Shown here: positions 45,024 through 55,935 of the stretch, piece by piece
Numbering within the stretch: the stretch's first letter is position 1
Layout: each line of letters begins with the position of its first letter
Sequence record: PP434423.1
Reading direction: 5' to 3' (one strand)
DNA from: Escherichia phage 236Ecol005PP
DNA: 64,000 nt
The notes under the pieces: model-generated
What the model was told of the DNA's origin: nothing
The model's database searches: none
The model's input: the letters and a program-made list of their open reading frames with translations, nothing else
Program-made: the position numbers and the translations under genes

Positions 45024-45340
45024 AAGTCCTCAACTTGAAAATCGTCTTTAAACAATCGGTTAACTATATGAGCTATTATATCACCATGACACGGCTTTGG
45101 TTTACATGTGCATCCTAGCCTCATTCCACGTAAAGGCTCTAAATGTGCTTTAGTTATTTCTCCGGATTTAATTCGACGTATAAAATCTTTTTTGAATAAT
45201 TCAATGGCAGCCTCCCGGCTGCCAGCATCTTTACCGACGTAATTTCCCCAAAATGTACCGCGGTGAATATTAACATCAAAGTCGGATTTATATTTATTCA
45301 CTACCTGGCATAGACGGCCCGCGCGGTAATAGTTCGTCAT
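45014..45340 (-). CDS. hypothetical Cys-rich protein (108 aa)
   Basis: ORF containing [12 protein letters not shown] segment. Confidence 0.45.
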   Translation of the reverse strand: MTNYYRAGRLCQVVNKYKSDFDVNIHRGTFWGNYVGKDAGSREAAIELFKKDFIRRIKSGEITKAHLEPLRGMRLGCTCKPKPCHGDIIAHIVNRLFKDDFQVEDLCN

Positions 45341-45557
45341 ATTGTTTTTCCGTTAAAACAGTAATATCATAATAACAATCTGAAGAAGTTTTAACTGTAG
45401 AAATTTTATTATCAAAATACTCACGAGTCATTTTATGAGTATAATATTTTTTGCCATAAATGATAATAGGCTGTTCTGGTCCTGGAACTTCTAACTCGCT
45501 TGGATTAGGAAGTGTAAAAAGAACGACACCAGAAGTATCTTTAAATCGTAAAATCAT
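45294..45557 (-). CDS. hypothetical protein (87 aa)
   Basis: ORF downstream of td. Confidence 0.4.
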   Translation of the reverse strand: MILRFKDTSGVVLFTLPNPSELEVPGPEQPIIIYGKKYYTHKMTREYFDNKISTVKTSSDCYYDITVLTEKQYDELLPRGPSMPGSE

Positions 45558-45580
45558 ATATCCTCACAATTAATAATTAA

Positions 45581-45892
45581 TTACACCGCCATTTTTCCTT
45601 TAATAGGAGGGTGTGATTCGTAACCTTTAAGAACGAAATCTTTAGGCCTGAGTTTAAGAGTGTATTCCAATTGTTCTTTAGTAGAAAGATAGCGGAATTT
45701 ATAAGGCAATCCGCCTATTACCAGTTCACAAAGCTCTTTAGGTTCACGACGTAAAATTTCTTTACATTGTTCTACGTGATTCATATAGATATGAGTATTA
45801 CCACCAGAAAATATCAAATCTCCTGGAATAAGATTACACATCTTAGCTACAATATGAACTAACGCAGCATATGATGCAATATTAAATGGAAG
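45581..45892 (-). CDS. td: thymidylate synthase, exon 2
   Basis: Encodes LPFNIASYAALV... (TS C-terminal domain); track ORF start ATG is the last three intron nucleotides. Confidence 0.85.
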   Translation of the reverse strand, partial: LPFNIASYAALVHIVAKMCNLIPGDLIFSGGNTHIYMNHVEQCKEILRREPKELCELVIGGLPYKFRYLSTKEQLEYTLKLRPKDFVLKGYESHPPIKGKMAV

Positions 45893-46146
45893 CATTATGT
45901 TCAGATAAGGTCGTTAATCTTATCCCGGAATTATATCCAGCTGCATGTCACCATACAGATCAGACTATATCTCCATCTTGATGAAGCAAGATGTCTATCG
46001 TTTCGAGTCACTTGACCCTACTCCCCAAAGGGATAGTCGTTAGGCATTTAGTTCAAAAGAACATTTAGCACGGGATTGTCTACTAGAGAGGTTCCCCGTT
46101 TAGATAGATTACAAGTATAAGTCACCTTATACTCAGGCCTCAATTA
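45893..46146 (-). other. group I self-splicing intron in td, ORF-less (about 254 nt)
   Basis: Exon 1 ends ...GTT TTC TTG GGT then TAATTGAGGCCTGAGTATAAGGTGACTTATACTTG...; intron ends ...CTGAACATAATG; both ends match the T4 td intron as recalled; no ORF inside. Confidence 0.8.
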
Positions 46147-46695
46147 ACCCAAGAAAACATCTACACTTCTTTGGTACCATTGTAAATCAAGATAACCATT
46201 ACGCACATTAAACTGATAGAACATATGACAGGGCGGTAATGCCATTTGATTGATTTCAGCTGGATTCCATGCTGAAACGATTTGACGTCGATCAGTTGGT
46301 AATTTTTTAATACGATCAATAGTTTCAACTAATTGATCCACACCACCGAAATCACGCCATTGTTTACCGTATATAGGACCAAGTTCACCACTATGATATC
46401 CTAGGTCTTTAGCCTGGTTTTCATAGTTATCGTCCCAAATAGTTTTACCTTGAATAAGACTACCATGAGTGCGAAGACGTAAATCATTAACATTGGTAGA
46501 ACCGGAAATAAACCATAGAAGCTCAGCAATGCAAGCTTTCCAAGCGAGCTTCTTAGTCGTTACTGCAGGAAAACCTTTAGTTAAATCCCAACGTAATTTA
46601 GTACCGAACAAAGCAATTGTTCCTGTGCCTGTTCGGTCATCGGTTTCATAGCCATTTTCAAAAATGTCTTTAATTAAATCTTGGTATTGTTTCAT
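46147..46695 (-). CDS. td: thymidylate synthase, exon 1
   Basis: 183 codons ending ...PPCHMFYQF...QRSVDVFLG (TS active-site Cys region). Confidence 0.85.
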
Positions 46696-46774
46696 TTAGT
46701 ACCTTATATAAATTATAATACATTTTATGAAGCTAAATAATCAATACGGTTTAGCATCAAATTTTCTTTCGATT

Positions 46775-47101
46775 TCAGGAGTGAAATATATTTTCTTTAC
46801 CACGTTTGGAAAAGCGACCAATAATATGATAATTATTCTCATCAAACGTGATATTGCCAATATCCATAGCTTTCAACCAAATATCGATATTTCTGTCAAG
46901 CTTTATATCAAAATTCCAATACGGAGAACTATTACCGAAAATACTGCAAGCGGATTCAGTGAAACAACTGCTATAAATCTTGTCTTTAGGAACTACTAAT
47001 TGATAGACGCCTTTAATAAACTGAGGACCCTGCCATTTTGGCTGTTTCGCGTCTTTTTCTAATAGAATAGGATAATAATTAAAGTTCATATTTTCCGCCA
47101 T
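46775..47101 (-). CDS. hypothetical protein (108 aa)
   Basis: ORF between frd and td. Confidence 0.45.
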   Translation of the reverse strand: MAENMNFNYYPILLEKDAKQPKWQGPQFIKGVYQLVVPKDKIYSSCFTESACSIFGNSSPYWNFDIKLDRNIDIWLKAMDIGNITFDENNYHIIGRFSKRGKENIFHS

Positions 47102-47109
47102 GCGTTATT

Positions 47110-47700
<591 letters not shown>

Positions 47701-47943
47701 TCAAACAGACTTTTTCACAATTTTCCAATCAGCTTTAAACTGTTCAACGCCAGAGTGGTAAATCCAAAATCCTGCGCTTTCTCCATCTTCATAAAGAGGG
47801 CATCCATCGCATTCATCTTCCCATCCCATATCACGTAAAAGATGTTCAGCTTTTTCAACAAGTTCAGAATCTTTACCAATGATATTAAAATACCATTTAC
47901 CTCTAACTTCTGAATCTTTAATGCTCTGGCGTTGTAATCTCAT
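47701..47943 (-). CDS. hypothetical protein (80 aa)
   Basis: ORF upstream of frd. Confidence 0.4.
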   Translation of the reverse strand: MRLQRQSIKDSEVRGKWYFNIIGKDSELVEKAEHLLRDMGWEDECDGCPLYEDGESAGFWIYHSGVEQFKADWKIVKKSV

Positions 47944-47997
47944 TTTATTCTCCTTAGTTGATAGGGTAATAGTATCACACTACTACCCTTCTGTAAA

Positions 47998-48363
47998 CTA
48001 CTTTTTGAAAGTTTTTCGCAAAAGTTCAATGATTTCATCTACATTGTTTTCGTCTACAATGCAGTGAATTTTTGTTACGCCAGAAACCTTGTCTTTGACT
48101 TCATCTTCTTCAGAAGTCGGTTCTTTATACTCGCGGAAACAATGAAATTCGTCTTCGCAGACGTTGAAGTAAAAATGCTTTCCATTTGCGCATTCAATGT
48201 GTTTTATTAATCTAAATCCATCAACAGAGAAAGCTTCTTTAACTTCAAACCATCCGCCATTTTCTTGAATAATTTTAACTATTGATGAATTAGAACGTGG
48301 GCGATAATTAATAAATGTATTAATAAGTCTTGGAACAAGCTCATACTTTTTGCCGATATACAT
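47998..48363 (-). CDS. hypothetical protein (121 aa)
   Basis: ORF between gene 32 and frd. Confidence 0.45.
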   Translation of the reverse strand: MYIGKKYELVPRLINTFINYRPRSNSSIVKIIQENGGWFEVKEAFSVDGFRLIKHIECANGKHFYFNVCEDEFHCFREYKEPTSEEDEVKDKVSGVTKIHCIVDENNVDEIIELLRKTFKK

Positions 48364-48407
48364 TGAGTTTTCCTCATTTTAATAGGGGCTTGATAGCCCC
48401 TTGATAA

Positions 48408-48659
48408 TTACTGCTCAATAAATCCTGTGTAAAATTCTACATCTTCAGCATCCATACCATCACAATATTCATCAACCATAAATTGTTTAAGACGATTTAA
48501 AGGACCTTCAATAACAACTGAAACATTGCAGTTAGGATCATTTAGTGCGCTTGTAATACGGAGTTCAGGATAACGATTACGAATAATTTCTTCAATATAT
48601 TCAAAATCAACAACATCAATATCAATTTTAGCCATGTTATTTTCCTCTTTAATCATCAT
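48408..48659 (-). CDS. hypothetical acidic protein (83 aa)
   Basis: ORF between gene 32 and frd. Confidence 0.4.
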   Translation of the reverse strand: MMIKEENNMAKIDIDVVDFEYIEEIIRNRYPELRITSALNDPNCNVSVVIEGPLNRLKQFMVDEYCDGMDAEDVEFYTGFIEQ

Positions 48660-48724
48660 CAGCAGTATTGCCGATAGTTGTATAGTACCATAGTCCTTGT
48701 TGTGTGTAAACTGTTTTGTGAAAA

Positions 48725-48761
48725 AATTTTTGAAATAAAAAAGGGGACCTCTAGGGTCCCC
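48725..48761 (-). terminator. intrinsic terminator after gene 32
   Basis: GGGGACC-CTCTA-GGGTCCCC hairpin followed by T-run on - strand. Confidence 0.6.
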
Positions 48762-48783
48762 AATTAATTAGTAATATAATCTA

Positions 48784-49692
48784 TTAAAGGTCATTCAAAA
48801 GGTCATCCAGGTCCGTGTCATCAGCACTAGATGAACTGCCAGAGCTTGAGCTCATAAAATCATCTTCAGTTTTTGTTTTGAAGTCATCAACATTGAATGC
48901 ATCCAAATCATCAGCAACTTTATCGGCTTTCTTAGCAGCAGTTGCTGCGGCACCACCCATAGCAGCAGTTCCCATAACTTGACTGAACTTAGTGCTCAGT
49001 TCTTCAAACGATTTGAATTTATCTTTAGAAGTCATTTCAGAAAGGTCAACCATTTGTTCGAACAGTTCTTTCTGGAAAGATTCATCATCAATGTTTGGAA
49101 TCGCAGATTGATTCAGGAATTTAGATTCGTCGTAGTTACTAAAACCAGAAACTTGTTTAACTTTCAGTACAAAGTTAGCACCTTCCCACGGACAAGTTAC
49201 ATCAACCGGAGTTTCACCCATTTCAACATCAACTGCAATCATTGCATTGATTTTATCCCAGATTTTCTTACCGAAACGATATTTAAATACTTTACCTTCA
49301 TTTTCTGGAGCAGCTGGGTCTTTTACTACAAGAATGTTAGCCCAGTAAGAAATTTTACGTTTAACAAGACCGTACTCTTTATTGTCAGTATTATACAAAT
49401 CATTTTTACTGATGTATTGACATACTGGACAAGAATCGTAATCACCGTGGGTAGATGAACATGTTTCAATATACCATTTACCATTTTTCTTGAAACCGTG
49501 ATTTACAAGAATTGCGAATGGTGCTTGTTCATCATTTTTAGACGGAAGAAAACGAATTACTGCTTGACCGTTACCCGCATTGTCGAGTTTCAGTTTCCAC
49601 TCGCCTTTATCTTCAGAAGAAAAACCACCTTTATTTCCAGCCAGTTTAGCCATTTGTGCAGCGAGTTCAGCAGTAGATTTACGTTTAAACAT
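48784..49692 (-). CDS. 32: single-stranded DNA-binding protein
   Basis: 302-aa ORF; N-terminus [17 protein letters not shown]... and acidic Ser/Asp-rich C-terminus match T4 gp32 as recalled. Confidence 0.95.
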   Translation of the reverse strand: MFKRKSTAELAAQMAKLAGNKGGFSSEDKGEWKLKLDNAGNGQAVIRFLPSKNDEQAPFAILVNHGFKKNGKWYIETCSSTHGDYDSCPVCQYISKNDLYNTDNKEYGLVKRKISYWANILVVKDPAAPENEGKVFKYRFGKKIWDKINAMIAVDVEMGETPVDVTCPWEGANFVLKVKQVSGFSNYDESKFLNQSAIPNIDDESFQKELFEQMVDLSEMTSKDKFKSFEELSTKFSQVMGTAAMGGAAATAAKKADKVADDLDAFNVDDFKTKTEDDFMSSSSGSSSSADDTDLDDLLNDL

Positions 49693-49791
49693 TTTTATTT
49701 CCTTTTTAATTTAATTAACAGTTGGTGCTATGACGATGTATGACCTCATAGCTGGTCAGTGAGATAATTATAATCTATTTATAATAAGCAA

Positions 49792-50445
49792 TTAATACTT
49801 GCAAGATTTCACAGTTTCAATGAAAACACTTTTAGCTTTCTGTGAATCAATATTTAAAATTTTTCTATAAGCCTTTAACTTTATAGAATAATTATTCCAG
49901 ACTAAATTATCAGTCTGTTCATCATGTTTATCAATTATATTTAAAAACGAATCAAGCAAGATAAACGTCTCAAACGAAATTATATTCGATTGAAGCAGTT
50001 TAAAAATATAACTTGATTGAACTTTTGGATTATACTCAAAGATTTCTTTAAAAGCAGAAACTTCAACTTTTTTACTAAAATAATAAATGTTGCGAATATC
50101 TTCTTCAAACTTAAATTTAATTTGCTTTAAGCGTCCGATATATTCACGATAAAACACAAGTGCATCAGCGTCAGAGATGTCACCAATCCAAGCATCTTGG
50201 TTAGCAACAAGATTGCTTATAAAGATTAAAGCAAGTTCCTTTAATTTATATTTTTCTGATAACTTCTGGAAAAAATACTTATCCCTTCGCTTTTGATAAG
50301 CGGCATCAGACACCCGCATGCACCAATTATACTTAATTACATCATACTTTCCATTCATATGTTGTTTTATCATTAAGTATAATTTATAAACTGATTTACC
50401 ATCAATGTATCTTTCACCACCAGCAGGCATGCGGAGTTTAATCAT
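49792..50445 (-). CDS. 59: helicase loader
   Basis: 217-aa ORF, T4 gp59 size and position. Confidence 0.8.
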   Translation of the reverse strand: MIKLRMPAGGERYIDGKSVYKLYLMIKQHMNGKYDVIKYNWCMRVSDAAYQKRRDKYFFQKLSEKYKLKELALIFISNLVANQDAWIGDISDADALVFYREYIGRLKQIKFKFEEDIRNIYYFSKKVEVSAFKEIFEYNPKVQSSYIFKLLQSNIISFETFILLDSFLNIIDKHDEQTDNLVWNNYSIKLKAYRKILNIDSQKAKSVFIETVKSCKY

Positions 50446-50789
50446 AGTAGAAAATCTAATGTATTAGTTTTTTCACAACGAACAACAGAAGGACGTAAAA
50501 GATTTTCGTCGATAGCTTCTGACTGAATTTTTTCAATTATACCCGAAGGAATAAATTTAGCAAATTGAGTTTCAGGAATAGAATTTTCTTCCAAGAATGC
50601 TGTTGTAGCTTCAAGATAACTCATTCCAAACTCTTCTACCATTTTTTCAATAATAAATCCATTTTCTTGGCGGTCAAGAAGCTTTGCTATTTCATCCTTT
50701 TCTTTCTTAATTGAAAGTTCTTTTTCTGAAAGACCGGTCTCATCGACCGGACGAATATCATTTAGAGAAAACTGTGTCATAAAGTTCAA
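50442..50789 (-). CDS. 33: late transcription co-activator
   Basis: ORF in T4 gene 33 position; true start may be an internal Met. Confidence 0.65.
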   Translation of the reverse strand: MNFMTQFSLNDIRPVDETGLSEKELSIKKEKDEIAKLLDRQENGFIIEKMVEEFGMSYLEATTAFLEENSIPETQFAKFIPSGIIEKIQSEAIDENLLRPSVVRCEKTNTLDFLL

Positions 50790-51027
50790 CTACCTCTTCG
50801 GTTTCAGCTTCAAACACATCACGGTTATCTTTATGATACAAAGCTAAAAGACGATTAAACATCTTACCATCAACGCCAAGTTCATCTTTGGCACGAATTC
50901 GAATGTCTTTAATCAATTCATTATAACCGGAAATTTTCAGTTTATGATCAGATGCTTCTTTGATAAATTTAGCTAAGTCTTCGCCATGGATAGCTTCATC
51001 AAATTCAACCATTTCTTTTTTAGCCAT
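50758..51027 (-). CDS. dsbA: dsDNA-binding protein
   Basis: 89-aa ORF, T4 DsbA size/position. Confidence 0.65.
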   Translation of the reverse strand: MAKKEMVEFDEAIHGEDLAKFIKEASDHKLKISGYNELIKDIRIRAKDELGVDGKMFNRLLALYHKDNRDVFEAETEEVVELYDTVFSK

Positions 51028-51035
51028 TATTCACC

Positions 51036-51953
51036 TCAAAATTCATTAATGCTATTAGTTAATTTAGAAAGACCCGCTTTTACAAAATATGAATAAATTT
51101 TGCCACGCGGTGGTAATTTATATGAATTATAGTAATTCACAATGTTTGAAGCAATATTATCAGGAATATAATCAAAATCAATTAGAACTAAATTTTCTTT
51201 GTATCGATTATATTCAGATTCGGTGAGAAGCACCTTAGCTTGCTCACGGTCATTAGCAATAGCTTCAACAATAGAGGTTTTCATTGAAGGAGTTCGTTCA
51301 CCTTCAACTCTGGTAAACCAAAAATCAGATCGTACTTTAACTGAAGCAACGTTATCCTTTTTGTCGCCTTTAAGGATTTTAGTCATACAGTCAATTTCAG
51401 CAGAACCGCTTTTAATTTTAACCCATTTCTTATGCATCGGTGACCATTGCTTAACATTTGGGTATTTGTGAAGTTGAGTAAAGTCACCATCCGACGAAAT
51501 GATTAAAATCTTATGTCCTTCTAAAGAGAACTTTTTAACAAGAACAGCAATATGGTCATCTGCTTCATACTTATCAATATCCATAACGATGTATGGCATA
51601 TAAGTTTTCAATTCATCTATAACTTTATGACTGGATTCAAAATAACCTTCCCAATCCCAAGTAGATTCTTCTCGTGCTTTTCCACGGTTTTTCTTATAAT
51701 AATAAGCAAAATCACGACGCCAGTATCCAGATTTCGCGTTATCAATACACAATACAATTTTAGTGTATCCAAGAGTTTTTGCTTTTTTGACATTAAACTT
51801 AATTGAGTTCAATATCAAATGACGAACCATTGATAAATTAATTTTTTCTTTATCTGGGAAGTTTACCAAAGCAGTTGAAAGCGCAATTTGACTAAAGTCA
51901 ATTAAGCAGATTCCTTCTTTGTAATCTTCATCCAGCATCATTTCTAAATCCAT
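51036..51953 (-). CDS. rnh: RNase H (5'-3' exonuclease)
   Basis: T4 RNase H N-terminus as recalled begins at internal Met (MDLEMMLDEDYKEGICLIDFSQIALS...); track ORF extends 5 codons upstream. Confidence 0.8.
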   Translation of the reverse strand: MDLEMMLDEDYKEGICLIDFSQIALSTALVNFPDKEKINLSMVRHLILNSIKFNVKKAKTLGYTKIVLCIDNAKSGYWRRDFAYYYKKNRGKAREESTWDWEGYFESSHKVIDELKTYMPYIVMDIDKYEADDHIAVLVKKFSLEGHKILIISSDGDFTQLHKYPNVKQWSPMHKKWVKIKSGSAEIDCMTKILKGDKKDNVASVKVRSDFWFTRVEGERTPSMKTSIVEAIANDREQAKVLLTESEYNRYKENLVLIDFDYIPDNIASNIVNYYNSYKLPPRGKIYSYFVKAGLSKLTNSINEF

Positions 51954-52015
51954 ATGAACCTCGTTCAATTAGTGAGATTTCTATTATATACCATCCAAAT
52001 CTTAAAGTAAACAAG

Positions 52016-52023
52016 TATAAATA
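52016..52023 (+). promoter_or_regulatory. T4-type late promoter (TATAAATA) upstream of gene 34
   Basis: TATAAATA about 35 nt upstream of ATG. Confidence 0.5.
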
Positions 52024-52057
52024 CTTATTATTGAAAACACAATAGGAGCCCGGGAGA

Positions 52058-55000
52058 ATGGCCGAGATTAAAAGAAAGTTCAGAGCAGAAGATGGTCTGG
52101 ACGCAGGTGGCGATAAAATAATCAACGTAGCTTTAGCTGATCGTACCGTAGGAACTGACGGTGTTAACGTTGATTACTTAATTCAAGAAAACACAGTTCA
52201 ACAATACGATCCAACTCGTGGATATTTAAAAGATTTTGTAATCATTTATGATAACCGCTTTTGGGCTGCTATAAATGATATTCCAAAACCGGCAGGAGCT
52301 TTTAATAGCGGACGCTGGAGAGCATTACGTACTGATGCTAACTGGATCACAGTTTCATCTGGTTCATATCAATTAAAATCCGGTGAAGCGATTTCGGTTA
52401 ACACTGCAGCCGGTAATGATATTACATTTACTTTACCATCTTCCCCAATTGACGGTGACACTATCGTTCTCCAAGATATTGGAGGAAAACCTGGAGTTAA
52501 TCAAGTTTTAATTGTAGCTCCAGTGCAAAGTATTGTAAACTTTAGAGGTGAACAGGTACGTTCAGTACTAATGACTCATCCAAAATCACAGATAGTTTTA
52601 ATTTTTAGTAATCGTCTGTGGCAAATGTATGTTGCTGATTATAGTAGAGAAGCTATAGTTGTAACACCAGCGAATACTTATCAAGCGCAATCCAACGATT
52701 TTATCGTGCGTAGATTTACTTCTGCTGCACCAATTAATGTTAAACTTCCAAGATTTGCTAATCATGGCGATATTATTAATTTCGTCGATTTAGATAAACT
52801 AAATCCGCTTTATCATACAATTGTTACTACATACGATGAAACGACTTCAATACAAGAAGTTGGAACTCATTCCATTGAAGGCCGTACAACGATTGACGGT
52901 TTCTTGATGTTTGATGATAATGAGAAATTGTGGAGATGGTTTGACGGGGATAGTAAAGCGCGTTTACGCATTATAACGACTAATTCTAATATTCGTCCAA
53001 ATGAAGAAGTTATGGTATTTGGTGCGAATAACGGAACAGCTCAGACAATTGAACTTCAGCTTCCTACTGATATCTCTGTTGGTGATACTGTTAAAATTTC
53101 CATGAATTACATGAGAAAAGGACAAACAGTTAAAATCAAAGCTGCCGGTGAAGATAAAATTGCTTCTTCAGTTCAATTGCTGCAATTCCCAAAACGTTCA
53201 GAATATCCGCCTGAAACTAAATGGGTAACTGTTCAAGAATTAGTTTTTAATGGTGAAACTAATTATGTTCCAGTTTTACAACTTGCTTATATAGAAGATT
53301 CTGATGGAAAATACTGGGTTGTACAGCAAAACGTTCCAACTGTAGAAAGAGTAGATTCTTTAAATGATTCTACTAGAGCAAGATTAGGCGTAATTGCTTT
53401 AGCTACACAAGCTCAAGCTAATGTTGATTTAGAAAATTCTCCACAAAAAGAATTAGCAATTACTCCAGAAACGTTAGCTAATCGTACTGCTACTGAAACT
53501 CGTAGAGGTATCGCAAGAATAGCAACTACTGCTCAAGTGAATCAGAACACCACATTCTCTTTTGCTGATGATCTTATCATTACTCCTAAAAAGCTGAATG
53601 AAAGAACTGCTACAGAAACTCGCAGAGGTGTTGCTGAAATTGCTACGCAGCAAGAAACTAATACAGGTACTGATGATACTACAATCATCACTCCTAAAAA
53701 GCTTCAAGCTCGTCAGGGTTCTGAATCATTATCTGGTATTGTAACTTTTGTATCTACTGCAGGTGCTACTCCAGCTTCTAGCCGTGAATTAAATGGTACG
53801 AATGTTTATAATAAAAACACTAATAATTTAGTTGTTTCACCTAAAGCTTTGGATCAGTATAAAGCTACTCCAACACAGCAAGGTGCAGTAATTTTAGCAG
53901 TTGAAAGTGAAGTAATTGCTGGACAAAGTCAGCAAGGATGGGCAAATGCGGTTGTAACACCAGAAACGTTACATAAAAAGACATCAACTGATGGAAGAAT
54001 TGGTTTAATTGAAATTGCTACGCAAAGCGAAGTTAATACAGGAACTGATTATACTCGTGCAGTCACTCCTAAAACTTTAAATGACCGTAGAGCAACTGAA
54101 AGTTTAAGTGGTATAGCTGAAATTGCTACACAAGTTGAATTCGACGCAGGCGTCGACGATACTCGTATCTCTACACCATTAAAAATTAAAACCAGATTTA
54201 ATAGTACTGATCGTACTTCTGTTGTTGCTCTATCTGGATTAGTTGAATCAGGAACTCTCTGGGACCATTATACCCTTAATATTCTTGAAGCAAATGAGAC
54301 ACAGCGTGGTACACTTCGTGTAGCTACACAAGTTGAAGCTGCTGCAGGAACATTAGATAATGTTTTAATAACTCCTAAAAAGCTTTTAGGTACTAAATCT
54401 ACCGAATCGCAAGAAGGTGTTATTAAAGTTGCGACTCAGTCTGAAACTGTAACTGGAACGTCAGCAAATACTGCTGTATCTCCAAAAAATTTAAAATGGA
54501 TTGCGCAGAGTGAACCTACTTGGGCAGCTACTACTGCGATAAGAGGCTTTGTTAAAACTTCATCTGGTTCAATTACATTCGTTGGTAATGACACAGTTGG
54601 TTCTACACAGAACTTAGAGCTATACGAGAAAAATAGCTATGCAGTATCACCATATGAATTAAACCGCGTATTAGCAAATTATTTGCCGTTAAAAGCAAAA
54701 GCCGCTGACACAAATTTATTGGATGGTCTAGATTCATCCCAGTTCATTCGTAGGGATATTGCACAGACGGTTAATGGTTCACTAACCTTAACCCAACAAA
54801 CGAATCTGAGTGCCCCTCTTGTATCATCTAGTACTGCTACGTTTGGTGGATCAGTTTCGGCAAATAGTACATTAACTATTTCTAATACTGGAACGGCAAC
54901 TCGTCTGATTTTTGAGAAAGGACCTCAGACTGGAACTAACCCAGTACAGACGATGACTATCAGAGTTTGGGGAAATCAGTTTGGTGGCGGTTCAGATACA

Positions 55001-55927
55001 ACACGTTCTACTGTATTTGAAGTTGGTGATGAAACTTCTAATCACTTTTATTCTCAACGTAATAAAGCTGGGAATATAACGTTTAGTATCAATGGTACTG
55101 TGATGCCGATAAACGTTAATGCTTCGGGTTCTTTGAACGCGGGCGGCGTTGCAACATTTGGTAGTTCAGTTACTGCTAATGGTGAATTCATCAGCAAGTC
55201 TGCAAATGCCTTTAGAGCTATTAATGGTAATTACGGATTCTTTATTCGCAATGATGGCACTAATACCTATTTTTTGCTCACTGCATCTGGTGATCAGACT
55301 GGCGGATTTAATGGATTACGTCCTTTAGCTATTAACAATCAGTCCGGTCAAGTAACGATTGGTGAAAGCTTAATCATTGCCAAAGGTGCTACTATAAATT
55401 CAGGTGGTTTGACTGTTAACTCGAGAATTCGTTCTCAAGGCACTAAAACATCTAATTTATATACTCGTGCACCAACATCTGATACTGTAGGATTCTGGTC
55501 AATCGATGTTAATGATTCAGCTACTTATAACCAGTTCCCAGGTTATTTTAAAATGGTTGAAAAAACTAATGAAGTGACTGGACTTCCATACTTAGAACGC
55601 GGAGAAGAGGTTAAATCTCCTGGTACATTGACTCAGTTTGGTAACACACTTGATTCGCTTTACCAAGATTGGATTACTTATCCAACGACTCCAGAAGCAC
55701 GTACCACTCGCTGGACACGCACATGGCAGAAAACCAAAAACTCCTGGTCAAGTTTTGTTCAGGTATTTGACGGAGGTAACCCTCCTCAACCATCTGATAT
55801 TGGTGCTTTACCATCTGATAATGCTACAATGGGGAATCTTACTATTCGTGATTTCTTACGAATTGGTAATGTTCGCATTATTCCTGACCCAGTGAATAAA
55901 ACGGTTAAATTTGAATGGGTTGAATAA
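52058..55927 (+). CDS. 34: long tail fiber proximal subunit
   Basis: 1289-aa ORF with repeated TPKKL.../ATQ-type fiber repeats; T4 gp34 length. Confidence 0.9.
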   Translation: MAEIKRKFRAEDGLDAGGDKIINVALADRTVGTDGVNVDYLIQENTVQQYDPTRGYLKDFVIIYDNRFWAAINDIPKPAGAFNSGRWRALRTDANWITVSSGSYQLKSGEAISVNTAAGNDITFTLPSSPIDGDTIVLQDIGGKPGVNQVLIVAPVQSIVNFRGEQVRSVLMTHPKSQIVLIFSNRLWQMYVADYSREAIVVTPANTYQAQSNDFIVRRFTSAAPINVKLPRFANHGDIINFVDLDKLNPLYHTIVTTYDETTSIQEVGTHSIEGRTTIDGFLMFDDNEKLWRWFDGDSKARLRIITTNSNIRPNEEVMVFGANNGTAQTIELQLPTDISVGDTVKISMNYMRKGQTVKIKAAGEDKIASSVQLLQFPKRSEYPPETKWVTVQELVFNGETNYVPVLQLAYIEDSDGKYWVVQQNVPTVERVDSLNDSTRARLGVIALATQAQANVDLENSPQKELAITPETLANRTATETRRGIARIATTAQVNQNTTFSFADDLIITPKKLNERTATETRRGVAEIATQQETNTGTDDTTIITPKKLQARQGSESLSGIVTFVSTAGATPASSRELNGTNVYNKNTNNLVVSPKALDQYKATPTQQGAVILAVESEVIAGQSQQGWANAVVTPETLHKKTSTDGRIGLIEIATQSEVNTGTDYTRAVTPKTLNDRRATESLSGIAEIATQVEFDAGVDDTRISTPLKIKTRFNSTDRTSVVALSGLVESGTLWDHYTLNILEANETQRGTLRVATQVEAAAGTLDNVLITPKKLLGTKSTESQEGVIKVATQSETVTGTSANTAVSPKNLKWIAQSEPTWAATTAIRGFVKTSSGSITFVGNDTVGSTQNLELYEKNSYAVSPYELNRVLANYLPLKAKAADTNLLDGLDSSQFIRRDIAQTVNGSLTLTQQTNLSAPLVSSSTATFGGSVSANSTLTISNTGTATRLIFEKGPQTGTNPVQTMTIRVWGNQFGGGSDTTRSTVFEVGDETSNHFYSQRNKAGNITFSINGTVMPINVNASGSLNAGGVATFGSSVTANGEFISKSANAFRAINGNYGFFIRNDGTNTYFLLTASGDQTGGFNGLRPLAINNQSGQVTIGESLIIAKGATINSGGLTVNSRIRSQGTKTSNLYTRAPTSDTVGFWSIDVNDSATYNQFPGYFKMVEKTNEVTGLPYLERGEEVKSPGTLTQFGNTLDSLYQDWITYPTTPEARTTRWTRTWQKTKNSWSSFVQVFDGGNPPQPSDIGALPSDNATMGNLTIRDFLRIGNVRIIPDPVNKTVKFEWVE

Positions 55928-55935
55928 GAGGTATT

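Noticed and set aside
48979-49458. 159-aa + strand ORF inside gene 32
   Set aside because: Antisense to gene 32, Phe/Ile/Asn-rich; typical AT-rich antisense frame.
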